From positions 5,464-69,463 of the forward strand of contig JBLKOQ010000002.1 of NCBI GenBank assembly GCA_047602885.1: a stretch of DNA of 64,000 nucleotides. Direction: 5' to 3'. The notes below the pieces were generated by a model, which was given only the letters and a program-made list of their open reading frames with translations, was not told the DNA's origin and did not search any database. Positions within the stretch are counted from its first letter, which is position 1. Each line of letters starts with the position of its first letter. This document shows, piece by piece, positions 36,733 through 46,877 of this stretch. The position numbers and the translations under genes were made by a program. This DNA comes from Candidatus Woesearchaeota archaeon. GTDB lineage: Archaea; Nanobdellota; Nanobdellia; Woesearchaeales; WAPJ01.

Positions 36733-37530
36733 ATGCGGGTTCGCAATACGGTAATAGCGGTGCTGGTACTAATGCTTGTTATTAGTTCTGTTATTGTCTT
36801 TGCACGCCCTAAGGATGGTTCTAGCGCACCCAGTTTTTTCCGTGATAAATGGGAGAATACAGCCCATGATATTGCAAGAGAGAACCTGGTAAAAATTGTA
36901 GTAGAAGGAAACGTATTTGATACGCCTCCGGATGATGATCACATTACCAGTCTTAGGATTAGGTTAGGGAAGGCTGAGGAAGGTATATGTGTATGTTCTG
37001 GTGGGGAAGTTGTGGTAAGCGGTTACTATTGTTTTGATGACGAGCATGCCATATGCAATAATGACAATTGTCTTTGTCGTAAGAATACTACTTATTGCAG
37101 AGGAGGCGTAATAGAAAAGCCTGCTGGAGGATGCAGTGCGGACGCAGACCCAGTGTACGATCCCTCTTATCCTGGAACAGGCTATAATGCCTGTTGCATG
37201 CCTGAATCAGTAGGACCACCGCCTGAGAATGGAGGGCCTAGTGATAATTGTCGTGATGATCCCAGCATATGTACCGGTTCAACACCATACTGCAGGTTAT
37301 CTGATGAAACATGTGTTGAATGCAGAAACGATGCAGATTGTGTTAGTGGAAGGCCTCATTGTTCAAATGGAGAATGTAGGTTGTGCCTAACGAACTCTCA
37401 TTGTCCACCAGGATATAAGTGTGAAGATAATACTGGTGATTGTATACCAATAACTTGTGAAGATTATGGACTGCTTACTTGTCCAGATGGCTATCAATGT
37501 GTTGATGAACTATGGAAATGCGCAGAATAG
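36733..37530 (+). CDS. Secreted cysteine-rich repeat protein
   Basis: Signal peptide plus repeated C-x-x-[DN]-x-x-C units (CRDDPSIC, CRNDADC, CLTNSHC). Confidence 0.85.
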   Translation: MRVRNTVIAVLVLMLVISSVIVFARPKDGSSAPSFFRDKWENTAHDIARENLVKIVVEGNVFDTPPDDDHITSLRIRLGKAEEGICVCSGGEVVVSGYYCFDDEHAICNNDNCLCRKNTTYCRGGVIEKPAGGCSADADPVYDPSYPGTGYNACCMPESVGPPPENGGPSDNCRDDPSICTGSTPYCRLSDETCVECRNDADCVSGRPHCSNGECRLCLTNSHCPPGYKCEDNTGDCIPITCEDYGLLTCPDGYQCVDELWKCAE

Positions 37531-37573
37531 CCCACCCGTAAGCTTTATAAACACTTCTTTAATCCTTTATGGG

Positions 37574-37849
37574 ATGCAAGTTGCAGTGTTGGAAAACGAT
37601 AAGAATAGGGCTGTAATAGAGATTCATGGCTCTGACCACACTGTATTGCTCGCACTAAAGGATGCTTTGGAAAATGACAAGGAAGTGGAGTTGGTAACAT
37701 ATGCTATCGACCATCCACTAGTAGGCCATCCTAAGCTAATATTGGAAACTAAGAAGAAGAAACCCCAAGAAGTACTGGTCCAGGCTATAACAAAAGTTAT
37801 TAAGGAACTGGAGTCTTTTGGGAAGGATCTTGACAAGAAGCTCAAATGA
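37574..37849 (+). CDS. rpoL: RNA polymerase subunit Rpo11 (L)
   Basis: GSDHTVLLALKDAL and YAIDHPL. Confidence 0.94.
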   Translation: MQVAVLENDKNRAVIEIHGSDHTVLLALKDALENDKEVELVTYAIDHPLVGHPKLILETKKKKPQEVLVQAITKVIKELESFGKDLDKKLK

Positions 37850-37850
37850 T

Positions 37851-37875
37851 CCCGCAAACTGCGTTAGCAGGAGGG
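37851..37875 (+). promoter_or_regulatory. Putative uL1-binding leader overlapping the rpl1 Shine-Dalgarno
   Basis: CCC-GCAAA-CTGC-gtta-GCAG-GA-GGG resembles the asymmetric internal loop of known L1 operators. Confidence 0.7.
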
Positions 37876-37882
37876 TAGTAAC

Positions 37883-38533
37883 ATGGAATACGACAAGGTT
37901 TTAGAAGCAATAAAGAAAGCTAAAGAGTCCTCTAATAAGAGGAACTTTGAGCAGAGAATAGACTTAACATTTAATTTTAAGGAGTTGGACTTAAAAAAGC
38001 CAGACCATCAGCTCGACTTCTTCATGACACTCCCTAACATTCCCGGCAAGCCTAAGAGAGTATCAGGATTCGTTGATACTGAGCTTATAGAAGAGGCAAA
38101 GAATAATCTCGAATTCTATATTACCCCTGACAAGTTCGCCCAGTATAAGGACAAGAAGGCAGCCAAGAAACTAGCAAATAGCTACGATTATTTTATAGCA
38201 CAAGCAACCCTGATGAAGGATATTGCAGCTTCATTCGGTAGGATATTAGGCTCTAGAGGCAAGATGCCAAACCCTAAGGCAGGAATGGTAGTTCCTCCAA
38301 GAACACAATTAGCACCTCTTATAGACAGGCTTAAAAAAACGGTTCATGTAAAAGTAAAAACTTCTCCCGTATTCCACAGTGCTGTCGGCTCAGAAAAACA
38401 GGCTGATGATGAGATAGCAACAAATATCATGTATGCTTATGAACAAATAGTATCTCATCTACCACAAGAATCAAAGAATATTAAGAGCGTCTATATCAAG
38501 ACTACTATGGGCTTTCCTATAAAGGTGATCTAA
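37883..38533 (+). CDS. rpl1: 50S ribosomal protein uL1
   Basis: RNFEQRIDL, LGSRGKMPNP and KTTMG. Confidence 0.97.
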   Translation: MEYDKVLEAIKKAKESSNKRNFEQRIDLTFNFKELDLKKPDHQLDFFMTLPNIPGKPKRVSGFVDTELIEEAKNNLEFYITPDKFAQYKDKKAAKKLANSYDYFIAQATLMKDIAASFGRILGSRGKMPNPKAGMVVPPRTQLAPLIDRLKKTVHVKVKTSPVFHSAVGSEKQADDEIATNIMYAYEQIVSHLPQESKNIKSVYIKTTMGFPIKVI

Positions 38534-39382
38534 GTGGCTCACGTATCACTATCAAAAATAACAAAAGTGTCAAATATCAAAGATGTTATGAAGGATTATC
38601 CTGTCATAGGATTGCTTGATGTTGAAGGAATCCCTGCAAGCACTCTTAGGGTTATGCGTGACAAGCTAAGGAGTCATGCTAGAATCATAATGACAAAAAA
38701 AAGGTTTATGAAGATAATGTTTGAAGACTTAAAGAATGACAGGCCAGGTATAGAAGGGTTGTCAGAACATTTTAGGGGAATGCCAGCACTAATACTGACT
38801 AATGAGAATCCTTTTAGGATAGCTTCAATCCTTAGAAAGTCGAGGACTCCTGCTCATGCAAGACCAGGCCAGATAGCACCAGATGATATTATGATACCTA
38901 AGGGTCCTACAGCGTTCCCTCCAGGCCCTATAATATCAGAATTGGGAGCTATAGGACTAAAAACGGGCGTTGAAGGAGGAAAGGTTGCTGTAAAAGAAGA
39001 TTCTATAGTGGCTAAGAAAGGAGAGCCTATCAAGCGCAAGGTCGCTGAAGTCCTAACAAGACTTGACATTAAGCCCATGAGCATAGGATTAGCACTTACT
39101 GCTGCTCATGAAGCAGGAACTATATACTCTCAAGACATACTCGAAGTAGACGAGTCATACTACCATGAACAGTTGAGCGCAGCAGCATTCGAGTCTTACG
39201 CGGTAGCATTATATGCTGGGATAATAACCAGTGATACCATAATGCCACTGCTCTCCAAGGCAGCTAGAGAGTCTTTCCTACTCTCTATAGTAAGGGTTAT
39301 TCCAAGCAAGGAGAATATAGGATTCCTAGTAGCTCTTGCTAGCAGTCATGGTGAGAGTCTTGGAGGAAAAATAGTATTATAA
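38534..39382 (+). CDS. rpl10: 50S ribosomal protein uL10 (P0)
   Basis: [14 protein letters not shown] and [11 protein letters not shown]. Confidence 0.96.
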   Translation: MAHVSLSKITKVSNIKDVMKDYPVIGLLDVEGIPASTLRVMRDKLRSHARIIMTKKRFMKIMFEDLKNDRPGIEGLSEHFRGMPALILTNENPFRIASILRKSRTPAHARPGQIAPDDIMIPKGPTAFPPGPIISELGAIGLKTGVEGGKVAVKEDSIVAKKGEPIKRKVAEVLTRLDIKPMSIGLALTAAHEAGTIYSQDILEVDESYYHEQLSAAAFESYAVALYAGIITSDTIMPLLSKAARESFLLSIVRVIPSKENIGFLVALASSHGESLGGKIVL

Positions 39383-39399
39383 TAATGGAGGAGATAAGC

Positions 39400-39702
39400 A
39401 TGGAATATGTATATGCAGCTATGTTGCTTACAAAAGCAGGAAAAAATGTTGATGAGGCATCTTTGAAGAAGGTGCTCGAGGCAGCAGGTGTCAGTGTAGA
39501 CGAGGCAAAGGTTAAGGCAGTGGTCGCCGCTCTAGAAGGAGTGGATATTGAGGCTGCTATTAAGGAGGCAAACCAGATGACTAGTACTGCTGCTCCAGCA
39601 CAGGCTTCGGCTCCTGCACAAGAGGAGAAAAAGGAAGCTCCTAAGGAAGAGAAGAAGTCTGAAGAGGATGCTGCTGCAGGTCTAGGAGCACTATTCGGAT
39701 AA
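39400..39702 (+). CDS. rpl12: Ribosomal stalk protein P1/L12
   Basis: [10 protein letters not shown] and C-terminal [10 protein letters not shown]. Confidence 0.97.
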   Translation: MEYVYAAMLLTKAGKNVDEASLKKVLEAAGVSVDEAKVKAVVAALEGVDIEAAIKEANQMTSTAAPAQASAPAQEEKKEAPKEEKKSEEDAAAGLGALFG

Positions 39703-39740
39703 AAACATTTTATTAATAAACATAATGTATGCTGGTTTGG

Positions 39741-40622
39741 ATGGCAGAGGATATCGCAGTATTAAAAGCTGAATTGGACAAGGTTAAGTCCTTAATAGAC
39801 GAGAAGAGTGCTAACAAGGAGAAGGCCTTCCAGAAGAAACAACAGCTTAAGGATGAGATGCTAAAAGCTATCGACGGCATAAAAGAACTGAAAAATAAAA
39901 GGAATGAGCTCACAGACAAGGTCAAGTCTCTAAAAAAGAACAAGATAGAGCTTATAAGAAAACAAAAGTCATTATTGGAAAGACTAAAAGTAGCCCAGGC
40001 TGCTATGAATAATACTAAATCGTTGAATAGGAAGGTTCCACCACACGTTCTATTAAAGAAGATTGAGGCATTAGAATATAGTGTGGAGACTGAAGCATTA
40101 TCTCCTGAGAAGGAAAAGCAGGTTATGACGCAGATTAAGCAGTTGCGCAAAGAGTATGATCAGGTAAAAGATATTAGTGAGCATACTAAAGGATATTCTG
40201 AACTCAGAAAGGATTTTTCTGCTATCAACAAAGAGATTAACTCCTTAAAAAAAGTGGTTCAGGATGATGCTCATAAGAGCCAGGAATTCCATGAGCAGAT
40301 GATAACAGAGTCAACAAAGGTTGAAGAACTAAAAGCTAAGCTTGAAGAGGCAGAAAAAGAGTATGAGGAGAGGCGCAAAGAGTATCTTGAAACAGCAGAC
40401 CAGTACAGGCAGGTTAGGGCAAAGCTCGGCATAGCCATTCCTGAAAAGAAGATGGCCGAAAAGAAGAAGAGAGAAGAGGAAGAGACTCATAGGCGCACTG
40501 AAGAGAAAAAAGAGATAGCATCGCTTAGAGCAGAAGTTCTAGAAAAGATTAAGACCAAACAAAAGCTTACTACTGATGATTTGAGGATACTGCAGAGCAG
40601 TGATCCTGAAGAAGACAACTAA
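39741..40622 (+). CDS. Archaeal coiled-coil protein (COG1340-like)
   Basis: Long heptad repeats, TEALSPEKEKQV and KLTTDDLRILQ. Confidence 0.82.
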   Translation: MAEDIAVLKAELDKVKSLIDEKSANKEKAFQKKQQLKDEMLKAIDGIKELKNKRNELTDKVKSLKKNKIELIRKQKSLLERLKVAQAAMNNTKSLNRKVPPHVLLKKIEALEYSVETEALSPEKEKQVMTQIKQLRKEYDQVKDISEHTKGYSELRKDFSAINKEINSLKKVVQDDAHKSQEFHEQMITESTKVEELKAKLEEAEKEYEERRKEYLETADQYRQVRAKLGIAIPEKKMAEKKKREEEETHRRTEEKKEIASLRAEVLEKIKTKQKLTTDDLRILQSSDPEEDN

Positions 40623-40658
40623 TACAATTGTTTTATATAATGATTATTATAACTTATT

Positions 40659-41645
40659 TTGATGTCCAAGCGTATTACTCTTATAGGCGGCGGCACAGGT
40701 TCTTTTACTCTTCTTACAGGCCTAAAACTCTATCCTGACTTAGAATTAGGCGCTATCGTTGCTATGAGCGATGATGGGGGCAGTACAGGCATACTAAGAG
40801 ACGAGTATGGTATTCTTCCTCCCGGGGATATTAGGCAGTGTCTAGTCGCATTATCTGAATCTGAGAGTATATGGAGGGATTTATTCGCATACAGGTTTAA
40901 TGAGGGAAGTCTTGAAGGACAGAGTTTTGGGAACATGTTCATAGGCACTCTAGAAAAGATTACAGGAGATTTTGAGAAGGCATTATCATTAGCCGGAGAA
41001 TTATTGAAGATTAAAGGAACGGTAATACCTGTAACTCTGGACAATGTCAGGCTTGAAGGCATAGGAGTTAATGGTAATTTAGTGGTAGGAGAGAAGACTA
41101 TAGACACTAAGAAAGAGAAGATAACCAATATTCGTTTGGTTCCTGAAGCATATGCTAATCCTCGCGCTATTAAGAGGATACTAGAGAGTGATGCTATTAT
41201 AATCGCTCCTGGAGACTTGTATACGAGCATACTGCCCAACCTTGCAGTCAACGGCATTTGTGACGCTATTAGAAATACTGGTGCGATTAAGATACTGGTG
41301 GTTAATCTTATGTGCCATAAGAATCATACTGACCATCTTAGTGTAGCAGGGTATGTTAGTCTTATGGAAAAATATCTTGGCAAGGAAACTTTTGATTATG
41401 TCTTGTACAATAATGTGCTTCCAACATCAGAGTTCATGTCATATTATAGCATGGGAGGAGAGCTGCCTGTATCTTGGGAAGAGGATACTTTTTTAGAATG
41501 GAAAAAGACAATGTTTATAGGCCACAGTCTTATTAGTCAGAGGATTCCTAAGAGGGTTGAAGGCGACAGGATAATAAGAGGATTAATAAGGCATGATCCT
41601 ATGAGAACCGCAGCATTATTGTATAGTCTTATGGTAAAGAAATAG
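40659..41645 (+). CDS. YvcK/GlmR-family (UPF0052) protein
   Basis: IGGGTG, SDDGGSTG, PPGDIR, PGDLYTSILPNL and IRHDP. Confidence 0.93.
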   Translation: MMSKRITLIGGGTGSFTLLTGLKLYPDLELGAIVAMSDDGGSTGILRDEYGILPPGDIRQCLVALSESESIWRDLFAYRFNEGSLEGQSFGNMFIGTLEKITGDFEKALSLAGELLKIKGTVIPVTLDNVRLEGIGVNGNLVVGEKTIDTKKEKITNIRLVPEAYANPRAIKRILESDAIIIAPGDLYTSILPNLAVNGICDAIRNTGAIKILVVNLMCHKNHTDHLSVAGYVSLMEKYLGKETFDYVLYNNVLPTSEFMSYYSMGGELPVSWEEDTFLEWKKTMFIGHSLISQRIPKRVEGDRIIRGLIRHDPMRTAALLYSLMVKK

Positions 41646-41652
41646 TTTTTTG

Positions 41653-41843
41653 CTATGCTTTTTCCATGTAAGAGCATTTCCCGCACGTAAGCCGTTCTTT
41701 ATGCTTGGCCAGGAATACTCCGTCGCCACATTTTGGACATGGCCTATTCTTCTTTTCTAATGATTCTCCGGTAACATTATAGTATGAGTATGCCTTGATG
41801 CTTTTCTTCGGTTTTTTTTTGGAGTCTTGTTCTTTTTTGCCAT
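41653..41843 (-). CDS. rps27ae: 30S ribosomal protein eS31 (S27ae), apparent -1 frameshift at an A9 run
   Basis: [11 protein letters not shown]...RLTCGKC. The ATG at 41843 overlaps the rps24e stop (TAATG) but is out of frame by one base. Confidence 0.9.
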
Positions 41844-42160
41844 TATGCTCCCTCAACGCTCTTCTCTTCTTCTTTTTTTGGCATAGTCTTTAGAGTCCTT
41901 TTGGCATAATAGGCCGGCTCATTGGCTGACAATGCATTGCTATTATCATATATGAACAGTTCAACTCTTGCCTTTTGCGCCCCATAACTAGCCCTTATCA
42001 TCCTTACAGACACCTGATCTTCTTTTGATTCTGTCTTTTTTGCTATGGCCATTGTAACTTCATGTCTACTAGGCACTTTTCCTTGAAAGACTATGCTTAT
42101 GACAAGTCTCTTCCTATTGTATATCGGCTGTTCTTCAGTTTCTATTATTTCTACCTGCAT
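41843..42160 (-). CDS. rps24e: 30S ribosomal protein eS24
   Basis: [13 protein letters not shown] and SYG, in the conserved operon position. Confidence 0.92.
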   Translation of the reverse strand: MQVEIIETEEQPIYNRKRLVISIVFQGKVPSRHEVTMAIAKKTESKEDQVSVRMIRASYGAQKARVELFIYDNSNALSANEPAYYAKRTLKTMPKKEEEKSVEGA

Positions 42161-42181
42161 TATTATCTCCTTCCTATCATA

Positions 42182-42373
42182 TTATCTTACTTTTAGAGCG
42201 TATTCGCCTGGTGCTGTAATGCCTAGTTCTTTTGCTATAGGACTCCTCACAGGGTCATTTACGACTATCCTGCCCTGCCACGAATTGCTAAACTGATTGC
42301 CTTTGCATACAGGACAAGTCTCTCCTTCCACTATAAGATTGCATTTCCTGCACGCCTTTTTTTTCTGTGCCAT
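42182..42373 (-). CDS. spt4: Transcription elongation factor Spt4 (RpoE'')
   Basis: ACRKC...CPVC, SWQG and PGEYALKV. Confidence 0.95.
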   Translation of the reverse strand: MAQKKKACRKCNLIVEGETCPVCKGNQFSNSWQGRIVVNDPVRSPIAKELGITAPGEYALKVR

Positions 42374-42386
42374 TAGTTATTCACCA

Positions 42387-42953
42387 TTATTGTTTCTTAA
42401 CAGTCTTTTTGGGCTTTTCTTTTAGGTCCTCTTCTATCCATTCTGTTTTTCCTAGGCCTGGCTGTCTCATCGTTAGTCCTATTCTTGGATTAGTAATATC
42501 TTTGTATGATATTGCAACTATTCTAGCCCTGCACAAGTCTCCTATCTTCAATACTTTCTTTGTTGCCTTGCCCGACAATACCTTTTCTGAGCTGAATGAT
42601 ACAAAGTCATCCATGGTCTGGCTTATGTGTATCATACCGTCTATAGATCCTAAATCAAGAAATGCTCCGAAATCAGCTATGTCTTTAATGCTACAATATA
42701 CTACTTCGCCCACTTCAGGCTTGTATGTAAGCAAGCTGAATTGTAGCTGGTAGTATGCTGCTCCGTCACCCGGGACTACTATGCCTTCGCCCATATCATA
42801 GACTTCTATTACATCTATTACTATTCCTATATCCCTGCTAATGAATCCTTCATACTTCTTCTTGATGGATGATATTACTGCTTCTTCTATGTCCCTTGAG
42901 AACTCTTCTGGAGGTACTCTTACCATGTCCTTGACTGTTATGTTCTTGTACAT
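42387..42953 (-). CDS. rpoE: RNA polymerase subunit Rpo7 (E')
   Basis: VRVPP, FGAFLDLG and LTMRQPGLGK. Confidence 0.97.
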   Translation of the reverse strand: MYKNITVKDMVRVPPEEFSRDIEEAVISSIKKKYEGFISRDIGIVIDVIEVYDMGEGIVVPGDGAAYYQLQFSLLTYKPEVGEVVYCSIKDIADFGAFLDLGSIDGMIHISQTMDDFVSFSSEKVLSGKATKKVLKIGDLCRARIVAISYKDITNPRIGLTMRQPGLGKTEWIEEDLKEKPKKTVKKQ

Positions 42954-43349
42954 CTAATCACCAATAACTCCTCTCTTCTTGTATGTTATTGTGCCTACTC
43001 CTATGCTTTTTGCCTTTCTTTTAAGCTCTTTGTCCTGAGTGAGTATCACAGCATCCATTCCCATGGCCTTTCTTATAAGCATATCGTCTACAGAGAGCTC
43101 TTGACTAGGGGGCTCAACAATCCTTTTTAAACGTTTTTGTTCTATTAAGCCTACTATTATGCCTAGACTTGTTCTCGCATTATTGGCTGTAATGCTGTTT
43201 CCTTTAGTCTTACCAGTCAATTCTTCTATTACACTACTCGTAATATAATATTCTTTCTTCTCATCATTATACTCTTCTAAAGCGCTTATGATATCTTTTT
43301 TCTTGGATACCATGAGTAATATCGATGAAGTATCTAGCAGTATTCTCAT
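42954..43349 (-). CDS. PIN-domain protein (Fcf1/Utp24-like)
   Basis: ILLDTSS, SVIEEL, VDD and LTQDKELKRK. Confidence 0.9.
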   Translation of the reverse strand: MRILLDTSSILLMVSKKKDIISALEEYNDEKKEYYITSSVIEELTGKTKGNSITANNARTSLGIIVGLIEQKRLKRIVEPPSQELSVDDMLIRKAMGMDAVILTQDKELKRKAKSIGVGTITYKKRGVIGD

Positions 43350-43401
43350 TATTGTGCAGTACTGCACAAGATTTATAATGGTTATGCTCTTTGCTCTGTT
43401 T

Positions 43402-44103
43402 ATGGATGCTGAAAGGGAAATAGTAAAATTCTATTATAGCATGCTAAAACAACCCTATATTTCTGAGATTAATGCTGGTAAGAGGATAGTTGATTTCGTA
43501 TTGTTCGAGAAATCGAAACTAATACAGGTTGAGGTCTCATGCTCTCTTACCAAAAAGAGCTCTTATGAGGATGTTGATTATCTTAAGAGCAGGTTTGAGG
43601 ATGCTTCGGTTATTAGGATGATGAATAGCATATGCAGTATTCACAATCTTTCGTCTTATGAGAAGAGGTTTATTACAAGCCTGTCTAATGTCTCTTTGGA
43701 AGACGTTGATGTGGTGCCTTTTGATGATATCCTATTAGAGGTTCTCAGACTTTTGGATACACAGCATTATTCTGACGGTACTATTAGGGGATTGCAGATT
43801 ATTAGGCATTTATTGTTACAGGATCCTGCCATAATATCAAGGCTTTATGATACCAATATCTTAAGAAAGAAGCATATTAGGAATATTATAGGCATTATAC
43901 TCGATAATAATGATATTATTAGGGAATTATCGTCTAAAAACAAGACTATAATAATGAATTCCCTGCTTGACGGTAATGATGACATAATTATTGGTTCTAT
44001 GAGCAAGCAGAGAATGGTAAAGCTTATACAATTATTGTCAGATGATGCTAGTGCTCGTAAGATTATGAGAGAATCCCTCACTCGGCAGCAAAAACTATCA
44101 TAG
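43402..44103 (+). CDS. Hypothetical protein with a possible degenerate PD-(D/E)xK fold
   Basis: GKRIVDFVLF...IQVEVSC. Leaderless-type start at MDAERE. Confidence 0.7.
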   Translation: MDAEREIVKFYYSMLKQPYISEINAGKRIVDFVLFEKSKLIQVEVSCSLTKKSSYEDVDYLKSRFEDASVIRMMNSICSIHNLSSYEKRFITSLSNVSLEDVDVVPFDDILLEVLRLLDTQHYSDGTIRGLQIIRHLLLQDPAIISRLYDTNILRKKHIRNIIGIILDNNDIIRELSSKNKTIIMNSLLDGNDDIIIGSMSKQRMVKLIQLLSDDASARKIMRESLTRQQKLS

Positions 44104-44158
44104 TTTATAAGCGCTATAAACACAACTTTTTTTAATGACCTCTTCTTTTACAATATGA

Positions 44159-44626
44159 ATGTCGCTGTTGAAAGAGATTAGGGATGACGGTTTAAAGGCT
44201 GTTGGGAAGAGTGATGCTTATCTTACAAGCTTCTATTGTCATATTGACTCTGACAATAATCATTCTGAATGGATTGTCCATTATTATGATCAGATTAATG
44301 ATATGATGTACTCTTATAATGCTAATACTAAGAGTGTCCAGGGTCCTCTGGAGGTTTTTAAGGAACAGGATTTTGTGCCTGAACTTGACTTGGATGAAGT
44401 CAATTGCGAACTGGATGATGCTCTTGAGACTGCCAGGGAAGCCGCGCTGCCTGTTAAGGATTATAAGAAGATCGTAGTAGTATTGCAGACTATAGAAGAA
44501 TTTCCAGTATGGAACATTACATTATTGTCATCCTCGTTGCAGGCTCTTAATGTAAGGATAGATGCTAGACATGGTGACCTGATTAGGAAGGAGCCTATAG
44601 AGCTCTTCGAATTCAAGAGCGATTAG
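44159..44626 (+). CDS. Hypothetical acidic protein (PepSY-like C-terminus)
   Basis: PVWNIT...VRIDARHGDLI. Confidence 0.75.
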   Translation: MSLLKEIRDDGLKAVGKSDAYLTSFYCHIDSDNNHSEWIVHYYDQINDMMYSYNANTKSVQGPLEVFKEQDFVPELDLDEVNCELDDALETAREAALPVKDYKKIVVVLQTIEEFPVWNITLLSSSLQALNVRIDARHGDLIRKEPIELFEFKSD

Positions 44627-44628
44627 TC

Positions 44629-46251
44629 TTATTGTCTGAAGGGCATCTCGTTCATGTCAGGCTCTTTCTTTTGCCCTGTAGGAGCGGATGATATAACATC
44701 ATCAATCCTCAGTATCATAGTGCTTACTTCAGTGCTAGCGCTCAGCGCTCTCGTCTTTACAGATAATGGCTCTATTATTCCTGCCTTATACGCGTCATGA
44801 CATTCTCCATTGTCAACGTTAAGTCCATGATTGATAAGTCCTTTTTCATGAGCGCTCCTAAGCTCAGTGATAACGTCTATAGGGTCTAAGCCGCAGTTCT
44901 CTGCCAGTGTCTTTGGTATTATCTCCATAGCCTTTGCATATGCGAGTATGGCTAACTGTTCTCTTCCAGTATAACTGTCTGCCAACCTCCTTAAGTCTTT
45001 TGCGACTTCTGATTCTGAAGCTCCTGCTCCTGACACTATCCTCCCGTTCTTTAGTGCGCTTGAGAGGTCTCCTAGGGCATCGTCTACAGCTCTTTTGACC
45101 TCTCCTAAAACATGCTCTGTACTGGCTCTTAGTAGTATTGTTACGGCTTTAGGATTCTCACAATCCCTAATGAATAGCATCCTCTCCTCTCCTACCTGTT
45201 CTTCTACTACGCTTCCTGCGCTTCCTAAATCGCGTGGGTTCATGTCCTCTAGGTTGCTTATTATACGTGCTCCTACTGCTTTTCCTATCTTTTCCAGGTC
45301 AGACTTTGAAACTCTCCTTACTGCGAGTATTCCTTTCTTTGCAAGATAGTGTTGCGCTACATCATCGATTCCCTTCTGGCACAATAATACTGTTGCGCCT
45401 GCATTGGATATCTTTTCTACCATCCCTTTTAGCATTCTCTCTTCCATGTCTAGGAATGCCTGTACTTGACCAGGGTCTGTTATGCTTATCTTAGCATCCA
45501 TTTCAGTATTTTTTATCTCTATAGGAATGTCTACTAGTGCTATTTTTGCATTGACTATTTTTAAAGGCATGCTCGGATGCACCCTCTCCTTGTCCAATAC
45601 TATGCCTCTTATCATTTCTGAATTGCTTATGTCGCCTCCTGACTTCTCTTCTATTTTGATATACTCTATAGGAACAGTCCTATTGCTAGAGTCATATACT
45701 GACTGGCTTGCCTGGACTGCAAGATTGGATAAGTGCATGCGAGCACTCTCAGAACCTTTGCCTGTCATGGCAGTGCTCGCTATTTGTACTAATAGTTCTG
45801 TATCCTGTACCATTATTGGCTTGGCCATTTTAGACAGTGTTTCTAGCGCCTTGTCTAATGCTATCCTATATCCCTTTGCTATGATGGTAGGATGAATGTT
45901 CTGGTCCAATAGGTCTTCAGCCTCGTCCAATAGCGTTCCTGCCAGTACTACTGCAGTAGTGGTTCCATCCCCCACCTCATGTTCCTGGCTCTTTGCTATT
46001 TCAACAATCATTTTAGCAGCGGGATGCTCTACATTCATCTCTCTTAGTATGGTAACACCGTCATTAGTGACTATTATGTCTCCTATAGAATCGACGATCA
46101 TCTTGTCCATTCCTTTAGGTCCTAGCGTTGTACGTACTGCTTCTGAGACTGCTTTTGCTGCTGCAATATTGGCATTCTGGGCTGGTCTTCCCTGAGTCCT
46201 CTGAGTGCCTTCAGATAATATGAATATTGGCTGTATCGGATTGTTGTTCAT
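44629..46251 (-). CDS. ths: Thermosome (group II chaperonin) subunit
   Basis: [24 protein letters not shown] and ILRIDD. Confidence 0.98.
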   Translation of the reverse strand: MNNNPIQPIFILSEGTQRTQGRPAQNANIAAAKAVSEAVRTTLGPKGMDKMIVDSIGDIIVTNDGVTILREMNVEHPAAKMIVEIAKSQEHEVGDGTTTAVVLAGTLLDEAEDLLDQNIHPTIIAKGYRIALDKALETLSKMAKPIMVQDTELLVQIASTAMTGKGSESARMHLSNLAVQASQSVYDSSNRTVPIEYIKIEEKSGGDISNSEMIRGIVLDKERVHPSMPLKIVNAKIALVDIPIEIKNTEMDAKISITDPGQVQAFLDMEERMLKGMVEKISNAGATVLLCQKGIDDVAQHYLAKKGILAVRRVSKSDLEKIGKAVGARIISNLEDMNPRDLGSAGSVVEEQVGEERMLFIRDCENPKAVTILLRASTEHVLGEVKRAVDDALGDLSSALKNGRIVSGAGASESEVAKDLRRLADSYTGREQLAILAYAKAMEIIPKTLAENCGLDPIDVITELRSAHEKGLINHGLNVDNGECHDAYKAGIIEPLSVKTRALSASTEVSTMILRIDDVISSAPTGQKKEPDMNEMPFRQ

Positions 46252-46360
46252 TCTTATTCCTCCATTCCACTAATTATGGCGTATTCAGGGTCTGTATCTT
46301 ATTATAAAAGCATTGCGCCTCCATAACACTTTTATACTAGTATGATTCATTACTGTTGGG

Positions 46361-46696
46361 GTGGATGTTATGCCTATCAATATGGATGACAACAATAATA
46401 TTAATGCACATTTGGAATTGTCTGGGTTTAAAAGCGTGGACAGTGCTTCCATGCTTATGGTCAGGAGAGTAGTCGATGGAAGCGTTAAGAAGTTTATGGA
46501 GAACGTTAATGATTTTGAAAGGTTAAGGGTTACTCTTAAGGAGATTCATGGGACGGAAAAATCGGTTAAATACCAGGTTACAGCCAATCTTATAGTAGGG
46601 AAGAATGTTGAGAGTGTTGAGACTGTGGACAGGAACTTATTGTTCGCTCTTGATTCTGCCATGAAGAAGCTCGAGGCGATAGCAGGAAAACTATAA
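46361..46696 (+). CDS. Stand-alone HPF/RaiA-like protein
   Basis: Beta-alpha-beta-beta-beta-alpha pattern ending DRNLLFALDSAMKKLE. Confidence 0.65.
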   Translation: MDVMPINMDDNNNINAHLELSGFKSVDSASMLMVRRVVDGSVKKFMENVNDFERLRVTLKEIHGTEKSVKYQVTANLIVGKNVESVETVDRNLLFALDSAMKKLEAIAGKL

Positions 46697-46724
46697 CCTT
46701 TTCTGTTAGATAATACATGAAAAA

Positions 46725-46818
46725 GTGTGCTATGCGCCACCCCGAAGGGGGCATCCCCCGGCACATCAGCGTCAAGCGTTAAATTACATTAACGCTCCAG
46801 CTGACGGCTGTCGCACAC
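46725..46818 (-). ncRNA. Structured repeat family A, copy 2 (94 nt, candidate ncRNA)
   Basis: Matches 27349..27442. The terminal stem extends to GAAAAAGTGTGC/GCACACTTTTTC. Confidence 0.7.
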
Positions 46819-46877
46819 TTTTTCTACGAGTATACGCTGACCAATATCTTTATTATATCCTGGTTAATTCACCAGCC

